Below are positions 60,382-64,000 of a DNA stretch of 64,000 nucleotides, piece by piece. Position numbers and translations under genes: made by a program. Origin of the DNA: Chthonomonadales bacterium (GTDB lineage Bacteria; Armatimonadota; Chthonomonadetes; Chthonomonadales; CAJBBX01). The notes below the pieces were generated by a model. It saw only the letters and a list, made by a program, of their open reading frames with translations, did no database searches and was not told where the DNA came from. Location: positions 30,883-94,882 of the forward strand of contig JBMFSQ010000012.1 of the NCBI GenBank assembly GCA_049967475.1. The letters are read 5' to 3'. Positions within the stretch are counted from its first letter, which is position 1; each line of letters begins with the position of its first letter.

Positions 60382-61959
60382 TCATTGGCCCGCCACATCG
60401 AAACCGCGATCCATGCTCAACCAGATCCTGAGCGCCGTAGCGATCGCTCCCACAAAGACGCCAAAGTTGATAGCCCGCACGACCGCGTTGTTGGCTACGT
60501 AAAGGATCCACGCCATAACCGTTGGGATCTGCATCGCATCCGGGAGCGCCCGGGTGAGCAAATTGCCCACCGGAACCTGGCCCAGCATCACAAGTACCGC
60601 TGCCGCAGTCATGAGGGAAGCCTCGAGATTACGGATGCGGAAGGCCCTATAGGCGGCGGACACCAGATAGGCTGCGAGGAGGGCGAACATCGAAGAGCCC
60701 AGCGGCTGCAGCAGCCCGAAAAACAACAGGTTATAGCCGGCGGATGCCCAGGTTCGACCGTGCGGATGCATGCGCGTGTAGAGCGTGAAGAACGTCATTG
60801 AGCCTGCAGTAATGAAGAATGCGGCCGATTCCGGCCATCCCGGTGCCAGCCGCCGGATGCGCCGGCCGTGCACCTGTGTCAAGCTCACAAGCCCAAGGCC
60901 GATGGCAAACGCGCCGATCACGACGATCAGGTCATCTACTTGATTGCGCACATCCGAAAGGCCGGTTGAAATGGGCTGTCTCCCAGGCATTTTCACAGGC
61001 TGAGGATTAAGTTCGAGTACAGGAACGCCTGCCGCGTTACGCCGCTCCAACACGATGCCCTCCGCCAAGAATATCCGGCCGTGTTCCCCGCGAACGCTCA
61101 GCATCACGGGATGCGCCGCCGGTCCCTCTGCGTAGCCGAGGATACGTGCATCGTTTACGCGCTCAGGTACCCACGCTTGCCACACGTCATGGCTAGGCTT
61201 ACTGTGCACGCGCACGGTGGCGATTTTGCCTGCGAGGGTCCCGCCATCGGGCAAAACCCAAGCGCGGCCCAACCGGGCCTTTCCAGTAGCGAGGTTTCGC
61301 GACACGAGCAGGGCCCAGAGGCGCCCATTCGTGCGTGCTATGCTCACACTCTCGATGCTGCCTCCGTCTTCCGGGGATAGGACCGGTGCAGGCCTCTTCC
61401 TCCAGTGTATACCGTCCGGCGATGTTGCGAAGCCTACTCGGCCCAAATCTCCCTGGCGGCCGATGTACCAGAGTCGCCATAGGCGATCTGCTGAGGGCGG
61501 AAGGACCGACGCCCATGTGATCCCGCTGGCATCCCACGATCCCGAAGGTCCGCGCTCCAGGACCGGGCGGGCTGCAGGGATCCATCGTTCCTTTTGCCTT
61601 TTGGCGACACAGACGCCGGGAGAGCGGTCGTCCCATCCCAAGCCGATATAGTAGAGGCGCTCCCCTGCGATTTGAGGGTTCATGGCGCCGTTGTAGTCCG
61701 AAGCCCGAAAGGGCGACGGGGCCAAACACGTATCAACCCGACCGGCACCGCCGGGATAGAGTGTTTGCAAGATCCTGGGAGGTCCGTCCTGGCGGATCCC
61801 GGTGTACACGAGCATCGTCCGTCCGTTCACAACATCCAGCCAGCCTCCGAAGGCGCCCGCGGCATCCGGTGCACCTCCAATGTGGGCCGGCGTAAGGAAC
61901 TCGAGCACATAGTAGAGCCCGGCTACGAACGTTACGGCAGCCGTGATGCGCCTCTTCAC
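60382..61959 (-). CDS. Multi-pass membrane protein with inserted beta-propeller glycosidase-like domain (gene 2)
   Basis: GTG start; TM1; insert with WRLWYIG and VGFATSPDGIHWRK...PVL; C-terminal PLGSSMFALLAAYLVSAAYRAFRIRN...VMLGQVP. Confidence 0.75.
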   Translation of the reverse strand: MKRRITAAVTFVAGLYYVLEFLTPAHIGGAPDAAGAFGGWLDVVNGRTMLVYTGIRQDGPPRILQTLYPGGAGRVDTCLAPSPFRASDYNGAMNPQIAGERLYYIGLGWDDRSPGVCVAKRQKERWIPAARPVLERGPSGSWDASGITWASVLPPSADRLWRLWYIGRQGDLGRVGFATSPDGIHWRKRPAPVLSPEDGGSIESVSIARTNGRLWALLVSRNLATGKARLGRAWVLPDGGTLAGKIATVRVHSKPSHDVWQAWVPERVNDARILGYAEGPAAHPVMLSVRGEHGRIFLAEGIVLERRNAAGVPVLELNPQPVKMPGRQPISTGLSDVRNQVDDLIVVIGAFAIGLGLVSLTQVHGRRIRRLAPGWPESAAFFITAGSMTFFTLYTRMHPHGRTWASAGYNLLFFGLLQPLGSSMFALLAAYLVSAAYRAFRIRNLEASLMTAAAVLVMLGQVPVGNLLTRALPDAMQIPTVMAWILYVANNAVVRAINFGVFVGAIATALRIWLSMDRGFDVAGQ

Positions 61960-62068
61960 AGACCCGGTACCTTCCTGCCCTGATTGATGGAATCGCCAGA
62001 CGCTCGCGGACGAAGCCCAAACCGCTGTGCTCCCAGGATCGCTGTGGAGGCATCCCGGCGGGCGGTAA

Positions 62069-62851
62069 TTACCATCCCAGGAGCCCGGCCAGGGAGTTGT
62101 AGGAACTTCCACCCAACGTGGCTACCAGAGCAACCCCAATGCCCGCCGCCGTGAGCACCGCAAGGAGCAGTTTTCCAAAATCCTGACCGAGCACGCTTCC
62201 CAACAGTGTGGGTTCCCGCGATAGGTAGGCTCCGGCTGCGTACAGCTCCTCCCCGATCATTGTGTAATCGCACGAAGTCAGGAAGAATGGAACCTGAAAG
62301 AAGGAGTCCGTTGCAGCCACCTGGATCGCCCCAGCCCGCCGACCTGTTTCGGCCATGAGGAGGGATTCATAGCCGTAAGAGCCGAAGTAGAAGGCGGCCG
62401 CGATGCGTTCCCTCAACAGGATGCCTGCCACCGCAGCCATGAAGGCGTTTTGGTCACCAGAAAGGAACAGGACGTCTTCCGCTCTGTGGCGGTCGAGAGC
62501 ATCCTCTGCAGCATAGGCTTCGCGCACCACTGCCTGCGCCACAGGATACACGGGCGCATAGGGAACGGGAACGACGATGCGAATATTGTACCGGGCGGCG
62601 TGACGCGCTACGTATTCCAGCACCGCTAATGCCGCGTAGGTAGACATGTCGCTGAGCTGGCCAAACCCAGGGCTGAAGAGGATAGGGCGGCCCATCTCCG
62701 TTGCCCGTCCAAGGGCTTCTTCGAGCGCATCGAGACCCGGCAGGCGCCGGATGAAGATCGCGCCGTCGCGGCGTGCGGCCGCAATGCGGTGGGCAATCGC
62801 TCCGCACAGCAGAAGGAGCAAGAGTGCAGCACTGAAGGTGGCATGTTCCAT
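62069..62851 (-). CDS. DUF6754-like membrane protein (gene 1)
   Basis: IRRLPGLDALEEALGRATEMGRPILFSPG, ESLLMAETG, QVPFFLTSCDYTMIGEELYAAGAYLSREP; family recognised from memory. Confidence 0.75.
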   Translation of the reverse strand: MEHATFSAALLLLLLCGAIAHRIAAARRDGAIFIRRLPGLDALEEALGRATEMGRPILFSPGFGQLSDMSTYAALAVLEYVARHAARYNIRIVVPVPYAPVYPVAQAVVREAYAAEDALDRHRAEDVLFLSGDQNAFMAAVAGILLRERIAAAFYFGSYGYESLLMAETGRRAGAIQVAATDSFFQVPFFLTSCDYTMIGEELYAAGAYLSREPTLLGSVLGQDFGKLLLAVLTAAGIGVALVATLGGSSYNSLAGLLGW

Positions 62852-63118
62852 TGCAGTGTCCCAGGAATGACGTGTGCACGTTTCGGCGCACGCCGCCGGG
62901 GTTCCTGCCACCTGTCGGCACCGGGGACAGGGGCATGTTCGGCACACCGGGAGGCTGAGCTCTCTGCATCCTCAGATGCGATGTGCAGAAGGTTCTGGAA
63001 CACCCGGCGGGTTACCGGGATCCCTGCGCGGGAGGTGCCAGGCATGCCCGGAGGTCTCCGCCGCAAGGAGCCGGCGAGCCTAAACTCAATCTCAGGCTGT
63101 CGGGGAGGTTTGCGTTCC

Positions 63119-64000
63119 GTGGTTATAGAGAAGATTACCGCTACGATGCGTGAGATCCGTCTCAGGGTGGCCTTCGCTACGGCTCAGGATGCTGCCCCCC
63201 GAACCGCAGCGCGCGTGGTGCGGGTGCAGTCGCTGCTGCAAGACGGCAGAAGTGTGCTGAGCGAAGCCGTTCCTGCTCCCTACGTCACCGGCGAAACCTG
63301 TGACACCGTTCTCGCCGACATAGAGGCGGCCGCACCACGCTTCATTGGTATGGACGCCACACGCCTGGCACCGATGCTCCGCGTGGCTGCTGCTGCCGTG
63401 CCTCCGCTTCACTTCACGGCTCGGGCGGCGCTGGAAGTTGCCGCCTACAACACTTATGCTGCCGCCACGGGGACGGATCTGTGGCACCACTTCGGCGCGG
63501 CCGTAGAAAGCGTGGAGACGGACATCACCCTCTCCCGCTCCGAAGATCCTGTAGCGGCCGCAACAAAGGCGGCCGCTGCCGGGTTTCGGTGGCTAAAGGT
63601 GAAGCTGGGGTCTCCGGCTAAGGATGAAGTTCAGCGGTTGGTGGAAGTGCATGCCGCAGTTCCCTCCATTCGCCTTCGCCTGGACGCCAACCAGGCCTAT
63701 ACGGCTGCTGAAGCTCTGGACCTTGTGGAAAAGTTAGTCGCCGCCGAGCTGCCCATCGAATTCCTGGAACAGCCGGTAAGGTGGGACGACATTGAGGCTC
63801 TGGGGCGCGTGGCCGAAGCGTCACCCATTCCGATTGTGGCGGACGAAGCGGTCAAGACGCCGGCCGATGCATTGCGGCTGATGGCGGAAACAAAAGTTCA
63901 AGCCATCAACATAAAGATCATGAAGTGTGGTGTTACCGGCGCCCTCGGCATCTTGGAAGTGGTCCGCGCTTTCGGCCGGCGGGCCATGATCGGTTGTATG
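63119..64000 (+). CDS. Dipeptide epimerase (L-Ala-D/L-Glu epimerase-like, enolase superfamily), 3' truncated; absent from the ORF track
   Basis: Hand translation from GTG after GGAGG: PYVTGET, ETDIT, LKVKLG, RLDANQ, LEQP, VADEAV, NIKIMKCG, MIGCM; 294 open codons to the window end. Confidence 0.9.
   Translation, partial: MVIEKITATMREIRLRVAFATAQDAAPRTAARVVRVQSLLQDGRSVLSEAVPAPYVTGETCDTVLADIEAAAPRFIGMDATRLAPMLRVAAAAVPPLHFTARAALEVAAYNTYAAATGTDLWHHFGAAVESVETDITLSRSEDPVAAATKAAAAGFRWLKVKLGSPAKDEVQRLVEVHAAVPSIRLRLDANQAYTAAEALDLVEKLVAAELPIEFLEQPVRWDDIEALGRVAEASPIPIVADEAVKTPADALRLMAETKVQAINIKIMKCGVTGALGILEVVRAFGRRAMIGCM

Overview
GC-rich bacterial chromosomal segment, most likely from Armatimonadota (inferred from two DUF1559/H-X9-DG prepilin-like genes starting [29 protein letters not shown](K/R)AR, plus an outer-membrane porin alongside Terrabacteria-type genes). 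Housekeeping genes: pdhABC, mfd, ftsB-like, pyk, erpA, pyrF, NAD-type icd, nusA-ylxR, dnaK-dnaJ-hspR and a mycobacterial Sdh1-type sdhCAB. Accessory loci: (1) an MtrA/DmsE decaheme + MtrB-like porin + octaheme lipoprotein cluster, a candidate extracellular electron transfer conduit. Both cytochrome genes are interrupted, one by an in-frame TAG and one by a one-base frameshift in a G6 run, while the porin and surrounding genes are intact. (2) An uncharacterised four-gene membrane operon headed by a DUF6754-like gene, with a beta-propeller inserted in one subunit, divergent from a dipeptide epimerase that is missing from the ORF track. (3) Two polysaccharide-utilisation-like loci built around prepilin-like proteins instead of SusC/D or ABC transporters; one has three visible LacI-type operators. 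Also present: a rimP-leader hairpin without rimP, HAIR-like operators at dnaK, a GH32 relic and a lone Mrr nuclease. I saw no rRNA, tRNA, CRISPR array or transposase. All calls are from motif reading; no database searches were run.
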